Position numbers and translations under genes: made by a program. DNA of 64,000 bases from Octopus sinensis (lineage: Eukaryota), in NCBI RefSeq assembly GCF_006345805.1, contig NC_043007.1, positions 30,814,001 to 30,878,000 of the forward strand, read 5' to 3'. The notes beneath the pieces are model-generated. The model saw only the letters and a list, made by a program, of their open reading frames with translations. It searched no databases and was not told the DNA's origin. Below, piece after piece: positions 50,245 through 63,110 of this stretch (position 1 is its first letter; each line of letters starts with the position of its first letter).

Positions 50245-50989
50245 TAGAAATGGCGTTCACTGGAAGAGAAAAGGCGTTTTGGGTGTTGGAGTAGGCTGGA
50301 ACACAGTCGAACAAGACTGTGCAGCGTGCATCTGTGAGAGAGTTCTCTAAAGAGTCACCAACGGCAATGCAGATTTGGACATTGCACTAAATCTTCAAAG
50401 AGGAAGGCTGTCTGTGCAGGGGAAAAGGATCTGGACAACCACTAACATCGGAAGAGACGGTCGAGCAGGTTCGCCAAAAACTCTTGCGAAACCCCAAGAC
50501 GTCTATAAGAAGAACAAGTCTGGAAACCCAGATTCCTCCAACGACAGTTTGGTGCGTCCTGAGGAAACGCTTGCAAATGAATCCCTACAAGCTGCAGCTC
50601 ATTCAGGCCATAATGGCAGATGACAAGTGAAAGCGCAAACATGGGACTGTGTGAAGGGCCTGGTCTATGTCCCCTCTCTTCCAGCAAACCTAGAGGAACT
50701 CGAGCAGAGAATCACTACCACACTGGAGACTGTTACCCAAGACATACCACAGTGTGTTTTGGAGGAGCTGGACTACCGACTTGACGTGTGCCGCGTCTCA
50801 GGCGGTGCAAATATTGAACATTTGTGAAATCCTTCATGGAATCCACATACCTTTGAATTTCTCATTCAAATTTGGAGGAATAAATCTTATGCCGCTCAAC
50901 ATTAAGCCTCTTTAGTTTCATTTTCTTTGACTGTGTAGTTTCTGTGATATTTACATCTCAAATTATATCAGATTTTTTTAAACACCCTG
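50245..50989 (+). mobile_element. internally deleted Tc1/mariner (rosa/DD41D-like) element
   Basis: [14 protein letters not shown]...GCLCRGKGSGQP...NPYKLQLIQAI joined to WDCVKGLVYVPSLP...LDYRLDVCRVSGGANIEHL*; right end aaacaccctg followed by TA; catalytic core absent. Confidence 0.75.
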
Positions 50990-51574
50990 TATACGGTGGG
51001 GTGCGTATATTTTAATGTCTTATGTTATAATAAAAGCAATTTTACGTTTAATTGTAGGATTACTAAATACTTTTCTGTACAGTACGTGTTTATTTTTCTT
51101 TTAACATGAATAGTGTTGACGATAACCTCGAGGTATCGGACAGTCGGATGGTGGCTTAGTGAATTATTAAAAGACACTTTTAGTTTGTGTGATTACGTGT
51201 GCACATCGCCATCTTTAAAAAGGGTGGAATTTTACTTCACGCGCACAGAAATCATCAGGGACAGAAAATTTTGAATTTCAAGAGAACCTACCGCTTTTAA
51301 AACGGTAATTTTTCATGATTTGGTATACGAATATGTGTGTAGCAAATTTTTGATAAAGTTGTAATTAAAGATAAACATGTATTGCATATTCTAAGTTCGT
51401 TAAGATACGAAGATGGAAAAAAGAATTGAAAGCAAAGTATTTTGGTAGTGTAGAAGAATAAAAGAAAGTAAAACGAGAAAAATAATGAAGAAATATGTCA
51501 CAATTCTTTCTAACTTTGGGGCATCGCCAGCAATTTTAGTAGGAGGAGAATAATCGATTACATCGACCCCAGTT

Positions 51575-51885
51575 TTGTTGTTTGTTCCTTCTCGAGCCAT
51601 GCCTGGATCATAAGGGCCGGTTTCCCGGTTTCCTTGGCGTATAGGTTCCCCACCTGGACGGGACGCCGGTCCGTCGCAGGTGAGCTGCAAGTTGCAGGAG
51701 GAAAGAGTGAGAGAAAGTTGTGGCGAAAGAATCAGCAGAAGTTCGCCATTACCTTCTGCCGGATCCACGTGGAGCTTAGGTGTTTCGCTCATAAAAACAC
51801 ACACATCGCCCGGTCTGAAATTCGAACCCGCGATCCCTCGTCTGCGAGTCCACTGCTCTAACCACTAGGCCATGTACCTCCACAA
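51575..51885 (-). mobile_element. SINE group C2 (V-domain-like) nested in a family B SINE
   Basis: Reverse of the 28227-28530 type; family B pieces at ~51510-51572 and ~51890-52010; cgacccca on both sides is a probable TSD. Confidence 0.82.
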
Positions 51886-52324
51886 CGACCCCAATGCTCA
51901 ACTGGTACTTATTTTGTCGTCTCTGAAAGAATAAAGTCGACGTCAGCGGTATTTGAACTCAAACGTAAAGAGCCCGAAGCAATTACTGTTACGTAGTTTG
52001 GGTGACGTGCTAACGATTGCACCATCTGGGCGCCTTAAGGGAGTGAAGAATAATGGTGCTAAACATAATATAACAAAGTTATAAATTACAAAATGATATA
52101 TAGGATAAGGGATTAAACATATATAGGATAAGGGATTAGACAGGTGGATTAGTGAGATGCCAAGACTTCAACAAACATTTAGAAAACTGTTTGCAGGATT
52201 TGAAACCGTCTGAATATGAGCTCGGGTAATCTTTAGTGGCTTTTTTTAGCTGGTAATATAGTAGCATTCTCACGATATTATAAGAACACCTCTTCTTCCT
52301 TAAATCTATGAGCTGCTTTAAAGT

Positions 52325-52530
52325 GGGCCAGTTGGCAGAATCGTTATCATGCCGGGGGAAGTGCTTAGTCCGTCTTTACACTCTGAGTTCAAATTCCGCC
52401 TAAGTCGACTTTTCCTTTCATCTTTTCGGGGGTCAATAAAATAAGTACCAGTTGTGCAATGGAGTCGATGTAATCGACTTACACGTCCCCAACAAAGTTG
52501 CTGGCCTTGTACAAAAATTTGAAACCAATA
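52325..52530 (+). mobile_element. SINE family B
   Basis: gttggcagaatcgttatcatgccggg...gagttcaaattccgcctaagtcgac...aagtaccag. Confidence 0.8.
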
Positions 52531-52905
52531 AACAACCTGACTTTTCCTCTTAATTGTATAATCCTGATTATTTCCTTAATCTACCAAATATATTTTGACA
52601 AAGCAGTGGATGTCTTTTAGCATATTTTTTTGTTTAAATGTTCTTTCTGGTGTATTTTTTGGTTTCCATTCTTCCATTGCTGATTTCACAATTGACTACC
52701 ATTCCATATACTATTCTTTGATGTTACAAACCTAATGAAGCAGACCTCTTGACTTCTATCCACACACTTGCCCTTATCATTTGTAGATATTCTTCGTTTG
52801 TTCGCTAATATGATTCTAATATTTGAGGTGCCGCTGCGTAAGCTTCAGGGATTCTCTATTGAATATGGATTCCCAAATCTATATAAATATATATAACGGA
52901 TATTG

Positions 52906-52970
<65 letters not shown>

Positions 52971-52994
52971 ATATATGTATGTATGTATTTGTTT

Positions 52995-53160
52995 GACTAA
53001 GGCGGTGCTGGAGCACCGGCTTTAGTCAACTAATCGACCCCAGGACTTATTCTTTGTAAGCCTAGTACTTATTCTATCGGTCTCTTTTACCGAACCTCTA
53101 AGTTACAGGGACGTAAACTCACCAACATTGGTTGTCAAGCGATGGTGGGGGACAAACACA
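52995..53160 (-). mobile_element. SINE family A, 3' half
   Basis: aggacttattctttgtaagcctagtacttattctatcggtctc. Confidence 0.8.
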
Positions 53161-53237
53161 GACACACAAACATATACACATACATGAATACACACACACA
53201 CACCCATACACACACACACAGCACCAACACGCACACA

Positions 53238-53268
<31 letters not shown>

Positions 53269-53585
53269 ACACACACATATATATATATATTATATATATA
53301 TATATATTATATATATATATATATACCTTAGTCTGATTTTTATGGGGGTTTTTTATTTGCTCCGGGAATTTTCTATTGAATATGGACTAATAACAGAAGA
53401 ACTCATGAAATACTTGTGAGTCAATTCTAGAGACTTCCCCTGTATTAGCGTTTGTATTTAAAGAAAAAGAATGAAGAAAATCGATAATTTGGGGCGCGAG
53501 ATGTGAAGGGAATTCGGGTTGGTGCGTTACAGTTGCATTTCATTATTTTCTCAAGTCCCTTTTGGCTAAGGCTAAAAGACCGCTA

Positions 53586-53658
<73 letters not shown>

Positions 53659-53764
53659 TCTATCTTTCTCTTTCTTTCTTTATTTCTCCCAAGCATAAGT
53701 TAATTTTCATAAAAAATGCTGTTGACTCTGCTGGAGCTAAAAAAATTTTACTCGGTGCAGTTCT

Positions 53765-54155
53765 AGCTCTTGTGGGTGAGAAACCTGCTTCCTAACTATG
53801 CGGTCTTGAGTTCAGTCCTACACCGCGGCACACTGAGCAAGTGTTTTCTCCTATAGCTTCTGATCGATGAAAGCCTTGTGAGCGGATTTGGTTGATGGAA
53901 ACTGAAAGAAGCCTGTCGTGTTATGGGTGCATTTCTTTGCATTGTGTTTGTGTCTGTTCACCACCACCCTCTTGAGAAACGGCGTTTGTTTGTTTACGTC
54001 GCTGTAACTTAGCGGTTCGGCAAAGCAGAAGGATAAAATAAGTATGAAACTTAAAAAATAATTACTGGAGTCGATTTGCTTGGCTTGATCCTTTAAGGCG
54101 ATGCTCCAGCATGACCACAGTACAATGACCGAAACGAGTAAAGGATAAAAGATAA
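53765..54155 (+). mobile_element. SINE family A, diverged
   Basis: gagttcagtcc...aagccttgtgagcggatttgg...gcgatgctccagcatgaccacag...aaaggataaaagata. Confidence 0.8.
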
Positions 54156-54415
54156 AAACCTACACATATACATGCTGGGTGGCCAAAAAACAGTTCGTAA
54201 CATTCAGCCAGCTGGAGCCGATCGGAAAGTATTTGAGAGATAAATCCATCCACTTCACTGGAGTTGTCAATTGTGAAACACGACTGTCACAAGATAAACC
54301 TGACGATTGCGTAACGCATGAAAGTACTAGCTTATTTCAATATGGTAAAATAGCAAAATTGTAAAAATTGCGAAAAATAAAACGTGAAAATCAGACTAAG
54401 GTATAAATACACACA

Positions 54416-54470
<55 letters not shown>

Positions 54471-54591
54471 ACACGCACACATGTATATGTATGTATATGT
54501 TTGTATGTCTGTGTTTGTCTCCCCACCATCACTTGACAACCGATGTTGGTGAGTTTACGTCCCTGTAACTTAGCGGTTCGGTAAAAGAGAC

Positions 54592-55385
54592 TTTCAAAAG
54601 AGACTACAAGTGTACAATCGTCTGCGAAGAGAAAATCTTGAACTGTTTGCACCAAAGTCTTTGTTTTTGTTTCGAAGCGTTGTTGGTTGAACAAGTCACC
54701 ACCAGTTCTGTACTCAAACTTGACTCCTTCTTTAGCACAGTGCAAGAACACAGCCTCGCTTTGTCCCATTTGAAACTGTGAATGAATCGGACGTTTCCCT
54801 ACAAGATCTGACAGAATCCATCATTCCTTGAAGGAAAGAAATGATGACATTGTGCATGTTTTCGTGAACACCTAGCTTTCTAAGGACAACCTAAAGAGCA
54901 TCCCAAGATACGGTATCAAAAGCTTTAGTAAGATCTACAAAAGTGACAAAAAGGTTTCGGTTGTGCTCACGAGCCTTTTCTTGAAGTTGCCTTAGGCTGA
55001 AAATCCTATCCACTGTGTCTCTACCAGCCCGAAAGCCATACTGAGATTCAGGCAACACTAAGCTGGCAAGGGTATTATTTAGTCTGTTTAAGATAACTCT
55101 TCCAAAGATCTTCCTAGCAACACAGAAAAGGGAGATAATCTCTATGGTTGTCACATTCACATTTGCCACCTTTGTGCTTATCAAGATGGCAATAGAAACG
55201 TCTTTAAACTCCTGTGGGGCTGATCCTAATTCCCAGATTAAATAGAAGATTTCACATAACTTATTCAGCAGGAGACTGCTACCACATTTATATATGTCGC
55301 CTGTTATGCCATCGTTCCCAAACAACTTTCCACTCGGGAGTCGTTTTCTGGCCTTTTTTTATTTCAGCATTTGATGGAGCAACGT
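54592..55385 (-). mobile_element. RTE-clade LINE RT fragment
   Basis: GNDGITGDIYK...LPESQYGFRAGRDTVDRIFSLRQLQEKAREHNRNLFVTFVDLTKAFDTVS and YRTGGDLFNQQRF...FLFADDCTL. Confidence 0.88.
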
Positions 55386-55784
55386 TATATATATATAGAA
55401 TGTCTGCAAATCTAACGGAAGCCCCAAAAGACATTTTAACTGCAGCTCTTGCTGGTCCAAACCAGATGCGCAATCTATGTGGGTGTCTTTTCAACACATC
55501 GTCTGGTTTAAAAAGCCACATCAGACGCCATGATGGATCTAAGGTGTAAGTACAAGAGGTGGCCAGACTCTGCATAAGGAGTGGACAACCACCACACATA
55601 CATACATACATATATATATATATATACATATATATACATATATATATATATATTATATATATATATATATATATAATATATATATATAATATATATATAT
55701 AGATATATATATATATATATATATTATATATGAAAAAACAAGTAAAAAATAGAAAATGCTAAAATAATTTTATAGTGAACATTT

Positions 55785-55822
55785 CAGTACCGGTTTCGGT
55801 CATTTTGAGACCTTTTCAACTG
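55785..55822 (-). ncRNA. minimal type-I hammerhead ribozyme-like motif (U3-A8 core)
   Basis: CAG-UUGAAAA-GGUC(UCAAAAU)GACC-GAAA-CCGG-UA-CUG; stem I extendable as cguu-a-cag/cug-a-aaug. Confidence 0.65.
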
Positions 55823-56165
55823 TAACGATTAAATAATTAAATTTAGAAAAATTAGAAGAAAAGTTTTTTAAAAGAATATTTCTATAGTAGTGTTCAGATT
55901 TAAGTGGCATTCTGCCTTTCTCTGACTCCCTTGTTTGCACTTGTGTGTTCGAGGTAGTTGTGAGCTCTTGGTAGGGTAGTAGAGAGAAGGCTGGTGAGGA
56001 AAGGGGGGTGGGAGAATCTGGGAGTGCCCTGATGGTCGTATTTTGAATGGTCAGTGGCGGCTGGCAGTCTCAGTTCAATTCAGGAGAATATTTATATTGA
56101 CAGGCTTCTTTATAGAATTAGCGTAGGTGTTATACTAAAAAACATTAGTGACAAACTTAAGGGGT

Positions 56166-56436
56166 AGGGGTGGAGAAGAAGAAGAAGAAGAAGAAGAAGA
56201 AGAAGAAGAAGAAGAAGAAGAAGAAGGAGAAGGAGAAGGAGAAGATGACGATGATGGTGATGGTGGTGATGATTATGACGACGATGATGATGATAACGAT
56301 GATGATGAAGAAGAAGAAGAAGAAGAAGGAGGAGGAGAAGGAGAAGATGGTGGTGATGATGGTGGCGATGATGATGATGCCGATGATGATGATAACGATG
56401 ATGATGAAGAAGAAGAGGAAGAAGAAGAAGAAGAAA
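56166..56436. repeat. compound (GAA)/(GAT) low-complexity tract with internal ~100-bp duplication
   Basis: Direct reading; lies in the Penelope 3' region. Confidence 0.9.
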
Positions 56437-57752
56437 AAACAGAGAAGGGAGAATATGAATGTAAATATAGCTATGAAGGGGCTGATTAGTAATGGATTCT
56501 ATTGAGTGTAGTATTTGTGTGTGTATATATATTTTTTTCTTTTATTCTAAAGTTGAGGTATATTAATTGTTTGTCGTAGACCCGTTAAGAAGTGGCTTGT
56601 ATTTTGTAATAAAGAGATTTTCTTTACTTATTCGTTGTCTCGAGGTTGTATCGTCCCTAAATTGGTAGAGGGGGAAAATTCTGAAGTTTGGTGTTTTTTT
56701 GTTGGCGCAAGTATCTATGTGTGGCTAAAAGCTATTTTTCTGTTTTGGGGAATTTTTATCTGGGATCTGTGCAGGGCCATTCGTTTACGCAAACCATTTT
56801 TTGTTTGGCCTATGTACTGCTCTTGACACCGGAGCAGGTTAGTGAGTATATTAGGTTCTCCGAAGCACATGTGAAGTTGCTTTTCACTGTAAAACGTTGT
56901 CCCTGTTTGAAGGAGAACTCAGAACCCTCGATTAGATAGTCGCATATCCCGCAATTGGGTCTTCCACATTTTTTTACTGTCGGCTTCTGTGTTGAAGAGT
57001 GAATTCGGGCTTGTGTAAGGAGACTTTTCATGGATCTAGGCTGTCTTTTGCTTTTTATGATCGTGTGTGTTTGGAGGATTGTGTTCATTCTGTGGTCTTT
57101 TTTTAGGAGGGGTATGTTGTGGAGGATGGTGTCGAAGGCTTCGTTATTGAGAGGGTTGTGTGTGGAGATGTATGGTAAGGCTTTTGGTTGTAAGTTTTTC
57201 TTTGATTTGGGATGTCTCAGTTCCTTGATGTTAAGTTGAAGGGCACGTTGAATGCATTTGTCAATAAGTGAAGGTGGATAGTTCCTGGTGATTAGGGTAT
57301 CTTTTAGTTCTTGTAGTCGTGTGGCTCTGGTGTTTGCGTTAGAGACTATAGTGCATATCCTTTTTGCTAGATTGAAGGGGATATTCATCCTGGTGTGTCT
57401 GGGGTGGCATGAATTGAATGGAAGATATTGCTTAGAGTCTGTAGGCTTATAGTATATGTCTGTTTCTATTATATTATTAGCTTTCTTAATGAGGATATCG
57501 AGGAAGGGGAGTTGTTGTTGGCTATATTCCATCGTGAATTGGATGTTTACGTCCAGTCCGTTTAAAATTTTCTGGAATTCTATGAGTTATATATATATAT
57601 ATGTAACTGGGTTTTCGAACATCTCTGATCACGAATAAATCGCGCTTTATCTCCTGTCTTTCTCATATTCATTTAATACAGTAGTGCCTCGGTTTACGAA
57701 CGTCTCTGATGACGAATAAATCGTGCTTTATATAAGTCTATATCTATCTAAC

Positions 57753-57831
<79 letters not shown>

Positions 57832-57899
57832 ATCAGTTTTGAGGAATACCAACGTATCTACTTGTACATACATCCACATATATGTGCAAATATAATTGG

Positions 57900-58157
57900 C
57901 ACTCCGTTGGTTACGACGACGAGGGTTCCAGTTGATCTGATCAACGGAACAGCTTGCTCAAGAATTTAACGTGCAAGTGGCTGAGTACTCCACAGACACG
58001 CGTACCCTTAACATGCGAGTTGTCAAGGAGACTCAGTGTGACACAGAGTGTGACAAGGCTGGCCCTTTTGAATTACAGGTACAAACTCATTTTTGCCAGC
58101 TGAGGGGACCGGAGCAACGTGGAATAAAGTGTCTTGCTCAAGGACACAACGCACAAC

Positions 58158-58160
<3 letters not shown>
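57900..58160 (-). mobile_element. mosaic SINE (C1 tail, C-variant body)
   Basis: Tail as in 16726-17112; body gtgtccttgagcaagacacttta resembles 6119 and 23710. Confidence 0.75.
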
Positions 58161-58209
<49 letters not shown>

Positions 58210-58249
58210 AGTGTGTGTGTGTGTGAGTGTGTGTGTTACTGCTCAGTCA

Positions 58250-58400
58250 CCGGCGTGGCTGTGTGGTAAGATTTAGCTTTGTCAATCACATTTAGCCTCA
58301 CTTCGTGGCGCTTTGGATAATTGTCTTCTATTAAGGCCCTGCTCCGACCAGAAGCCTTGTGAGTGGATTTGGTAGACGGAAACTGAATGAAGCCTGTCGC
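58250..58400 (+). mobile_element. SINE family A, 5' half, diverged
   Basis: gcgtggctgtgtggtaag...aagccttgtgagtggatttggtagacggaaactgaa. Confidence 0.75.
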
Positions 58401-58519
58401 AAATGTGTGAAGCATGTCAGTATGCTTGTGTGCATGTTTGTATCTTCTTGTTTTGACATTTGTAAATAAGTATCACCGTCCTACAAGCAGCGAAGACGAC
58501 AGCAAAGATGAGAGACCAC

Positions 58520-58655
58520 GACGATGATGATGATGATGGTGGTACTGGTGGTGCTGGTGCTGGTGCTGGTGCTGGTACTGGTGCTGATGGTAGTGATGAT
58601 GATGATGATGATGATGATGGTGATGGTGATGATGATGATGATGATGATGGTGATG
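58520..58655. repeat. (GAT)/(GGT) compound microsatellite
   Basis: Direct reading. Confidence 0.9.
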
Positions 58656-59339
58656 ATGTACTGGATTGATTCTCTTATCAGTTTTGCGGAGCAACCAACG
58701 GAATTACCCACTCGTTGCATTTTAGTGCATGTGTCCAGCTATTCAAAAGTACATACATCGTATATATATATATACACACACATACATACATGCGTTTATG
58801 ATGTGTCTGTTTAAATATACATATACACACACACATACATACTGATAGATAGATAGACAGAGAAATACACACACATACATATATACGCACATGCTCGAAT
58901 TAAATATCGTTCATCAAAGGATTGGACGAGCTCTGAAGATCATGTGCCTCTTCCGTTGTCACAGGTGCCTAAAAGCCGGATTTCCTTCACATCACAGCCT
59001 CTCATCAAGAAGCAATGATAACGAATTCCTGGAGCTAGGATAGGCAGTAAATTGTTGTCTTAAAACACCATTAACAAAGTGGGTATTTTGAGTTTGATCC
59101 ACTGCTCACTTGCACAAAGTACAAGTGGACTATGAAGCGACAACTGTTCAAACAGACACGAGAAACACAGCTTTGCTTTTTTATTTATTTATTTATTTAT
59201 CTTTGAAATACAAGTCCTGTCGAACAAAAAGAAGAATCTACAAAACGAGTGTGTGTGTAAGTGTGTTGGTGTTTGTATGGGCACCTGTGTGTGGGCCCGT
59301 GTGCGCATGGCGTTGTGTGTGTGAGTAAACTCCACCGCA

Positions 59340-60479
59340 ACACTGGATTAAATACTGGACCCTAGTGAAACCTTAGTTTTTTTCCCTAATAAATCCAAAA
59401 ATAGAGAGAAAGATGTTAGAGGATGTGTAGCGGAGGAATGCTTGGCAGGCCTCAATTTTGCTGGCGGCCCAACACTTTGAGGTCACCCCATCATGGTGGT
59501 AACGTCTTCCGTGTATACTGACACTGCCCTTCTGGGTCCCAGTTCGAATGGAATGCCCCTCAACTGTTCCAACTTCCTCGAGAGCCAACACGTACAAAAG
59601 AGGCGAGAGCAGGCAACTCTTACGGACCAAGCATGCGATGCAAAACGGTTCCAATAAGTCGCCCTTTACTCTGACCACTGAGCAGGCAGTGCTGCGCATT
59701 ACAGCGACCCAACCGCTGAAAACGGGCCTGAGCCCAGCCGATTTCAGCACGGCTTCCTAGCAACTATGGTCAACACAATCGAATGCTGATCCAAATTGAT
59801 CAGAGCCCCGCCGAAGCCCGTTTTGGTTTCAGCCTATTCTATGATGTATCGAACAAGATAGAGGTTGTCGTGGTAAGACCTGTTAGGGGTCGCGTTTGTG
59901 CTTCCCCGACAAGATTACCGATAGAAAGCACCATCATTTCGCTAACACCTTGATCAAAATCTTAAATTCTTTGTTTAGTAGAGTTATAGAGCAAAAATTG
60001 AGTCACACGTCCTCTTTATCGGGACTTTTTTCTTTTTCAGTAGCGTTACCATTTCGTGGTTCACAGTACTAAGAATTCTAAATACTTGCCAAGGGGTTAC
60101 AAAACAAATCTGGCATGAACTTGTAGCAGTCATAGAACAGGCCATCTAAGCCGGACTATTTGCACCTTGTGCAACCGTATTTCAGTGGCCGTTATCGGTT
60201 TATCGCGGAATCTCACGTTGACTGTTGGGGAGCCTCGGCAGGCCATCCGGGTACGAACTAAAGTTCGCTACTGTAGTCGACTCAAAGCTCTCCTCAAACA
60301 GCCGTGCGAAGAGCTGCTGGAACACTGCACGCATCAGCTCGGAACCGCGTACAGTCTATCTAAATACGATCTGGATGGCCCGCTGTGGTTGCTCCGTGTC
60401 TACACTTGCACACCAGGGAAATCTCATCAGTGCCTATCAGATAGCTGGAGGTTTCTTAGCAGATTTTCGTGGTTTTTAT

Positions 60480-60510
<31 letters not shown>

Positions 60511-62400
60511 CACCTGCCTTCTGTTATGCACTAGCCCCACACAGTTGTTCCGTGCATCAAAAATATGATTCCAATCTCCTGCTAGTACTAAAGGGCGAAA
60601 CGGTCTTAGGACTGTTTCAAGACCTCCAGACGAAATCAGGCTGACCAGCTCCAATCGGAGCACAAACAGTTTGGAGACACCACCTTCCTTGCCATTCCAG
60701 AGCAACCAGCCTACAACCCGGGTCCAGGAAGATTGCTCGTATATCAAGGTTTAAAAATTTCTGGAAACAGGACTGCCGCTCCGCAAGGTGTAAAAACGAA
60801 AGTGAGAGAGTGTGATCCGGAGGCCCTCGTCTCGTTAATGGGTGCCACATTCATATCGGGCGACCTGAGATCGTTGAGAAAGTGAGAAAGTGACCCAGTT
60901 TCTATATCGAACGCAAACCCCTAATATTTACACAACCTGTTCGAAATGTGACCATTTAGGATTGAGAAAAGAAAGTGAAGAGACTATTTACTTTAACGAT
61001 CAAGGGTGCCTGTTGAAGCAACCTTCTTTTTGGCTGAAGTGGATAGTGGAGAAGGTTTCTTCTGTGAGGTTGTTGGGGCTTACTCTGATGTCCTGGAAGA
61101 AGTTCACTTACATACCAAGATACGTATTAGAATCAGTTTGTATCAGTATATTCCGAAGGTGTTTCCGGGTTGAATTCGGCGAAACACACCCCACTCGTCA
61201 AAATGCTTTCGTTCCTGGTTACTTCCTCAATCACTTCAATGGTGTTCTTCTGAACAATAGAGAAAATTATAAAGGATGTGTACAGACGAGTGTTTGACTG
61301 TTGGTCATGTGATTATTCAAGCTTTAGTTTTGTTTACGTGATTTGTTTTTTTATTAATTCGTGATTGTGAATGTGTTTGTAAAAGTTGCTTATTCTTGTT
61401 GTGATGATGGTGGTAATGTTTGGGGTCGACGTTTCTGGTGTGGGACTCTGTGAGGAATTTCTAGCTTTCCATTGTGACTGATCACTTTCAATTTGGGGCC
61501 ACCTCTATTTGTGTCTGATTCTTTCTCTTACTCCCGATAAAGGTCTTTTGGGACGATTTCATCAGACCTTTATCACCTACAGAGCCTTTGGTTTATTGAG
61601 GCCTGAGTCAGAGGAAAGAGGTGGGTGTATGTTTGTTTTGGCGTTTTCAGTAACTGATTGTGAGAGGTATTCTTTCAGTGGAGTTCGCTGTAACTATGGA
61701 GGGTGTCATGCTTTCTCCACCATGGGACAAAAGTGTTGAGGTGGTTTGAGTTCCCCTGCTCACATTTGGGTTTTCGTTCCTCTATTAACACCGTCAACTG
61801 CTCGCTTTCCCCATAACAAAATAATCATGAATGCGAGTGACTTCCTCAGGAAAACCAATATCTGGAATTCGATAAGAATCCCAATCTTGTTTGGTTGGGG
61901 AGAAGGGTTTCACCTCCACAATTTCCCCATACTCCTTCAGTACGGTTCGAACTCTTACCGGATCTCGATGACCCTGCACATTCTTGACTCGAATAGGAAT
62001 CGATCTCCTACCCATATAAACGGGAGATGTCATTCTTCGAGCTTCTTGGTCGCTGGTTCATATGGCAGCTACCATCGCATATTGTTTCCCTTGTAGAATT
62101 GTGTAGAACTGGGGCCCAAATATCTTGCAAGCATTTTTCAGTTTCTGCCGTGGCAGCAAATTTAAATCTTCTATCCTTGCAGCAATTTCACTTATTCTTT
62201 CGGGGTTAGATTTTTGCCTTCTCAAGCCACATAAGAGACATAACTCCTGGTTTCATATCTTCTTCTTTTTCATACAAGAGAGTCTTCTCTTTCAGATCTT
62301 GCACCCCAATGCACGGTTCTCTTGCTAACTGCCCTCCACATGGAGAAAGTTATTGCTGCTGCTGTTGTTGTTAAGCAACAAGACGGGTAAGGGTGATTAG
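59340..62400 (-). mobile_element. Tx1/L1-clade LINE, decayed (ORF1; ORF2 from ATG at 60955)
   Basis: ORF2 start MVTFRTGCVNIRGLRS; APE LVLAGDWNHIFD; RT ITLLNKEFKILIKVLAK, GGALINLDQ, LSPLLYVLALE, YTED; ORF1-like VRTVLKEYGEIVEV. Confidence 0.8.
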
Positions 62401-62408
62401 GTGATGGT

Positions 62409-63110
62409 CTAGGGCTTAGGGGCGGGAGACCCCAGACCTTGGAAAAAAAACTTTGGTCGTCCTGTTGTAGTCGAGGGCTCTTCGTTGACGCCCAACACCA
62501 CTGGGAGTTGGCCCTCGAAGTCGCTGGAAATGGAGACGTCGTATTCCGTTACCATGACAAGCGCCGGCCTCTTTGCTAAACACTTCTCCAAAATTTTTAA
62601 ATCTAGCTTCAATAGCATTATGGGCCTAAAATTTTCTATTTGATCCCCTTTTTGGGGTCATTTCTTAGCAGTGCCACCGTTCCTTGATTCACAGATTTGG
62701 GAATTCTCCCGTTCTGCTCCCAGTTGCAGTAGATATCTGCTAAAAGGCCGCCAAACAAATCTGGCATACAACAGTAAAGCTCGTAGGGCAGATCATCCAA
62801 ACCACGCGATTTATTCTTTCCACCTCCCGTGAAATCCATCATCGCATCCCGTAATTCTGCGGCTGTTACTGGTTTTTCACAACGTTCCGTTCCCACACAC
62901 AAACACCTTGTGGTGGGGGTGGAATCGTAGCATGCCGTCGAGCTAGGCACTGAAGTACATCCTGCGTCCCGGACTTCCATTCGTTCCAAATAGTTGGGTG
63001 AAGTACTATTGAAAAGCCGCACACATCTGCTCGGGCTTGAGTACCGTGAACCCATTTTAGTCCGCCACAGACTTGAATTGTGGCTTTGTTATTACGTTGG
63101 GTCTCTGCCA
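62409..63110 (-). mobile_element. second Tx1/L1-type RT fragment
   Basis: KSRGLDDLPYELY...GRIPKSVNQGTVALLR and LLKLDLKILEKCLAKR; duplicates a region also present in the 59340-62400 element. Confidence 0.75.

Larger units (their letters stand above)
55750..57545 (-). mobile_element. Penelope-like element, 5'-truncated (RT thumb, GIY-YIG, 3' region)
   Basis: LPFLDILI...TDIYYKPTDSKQYLPFNSCHPRHT...CGRPNCGIC...FTCASENLIYSLTC, then after a frameshift QYIGQT..GLRKRMALHRSQI; hammerhead-like motif downstream. Confidence 0.9.

Noticed and set aside
56148-56505. Acidic Glu/Asp-rich ORF
   Set aside because: GAA/GAT simple repeat within a Penelope 3' region.
57706-57735. CTGATGA followed by a small stem as a hammerhead
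   Set aside because: No GAAA or stem III follows; it sits in a Tc1/pogo-like terminal fragment starting at 57679.
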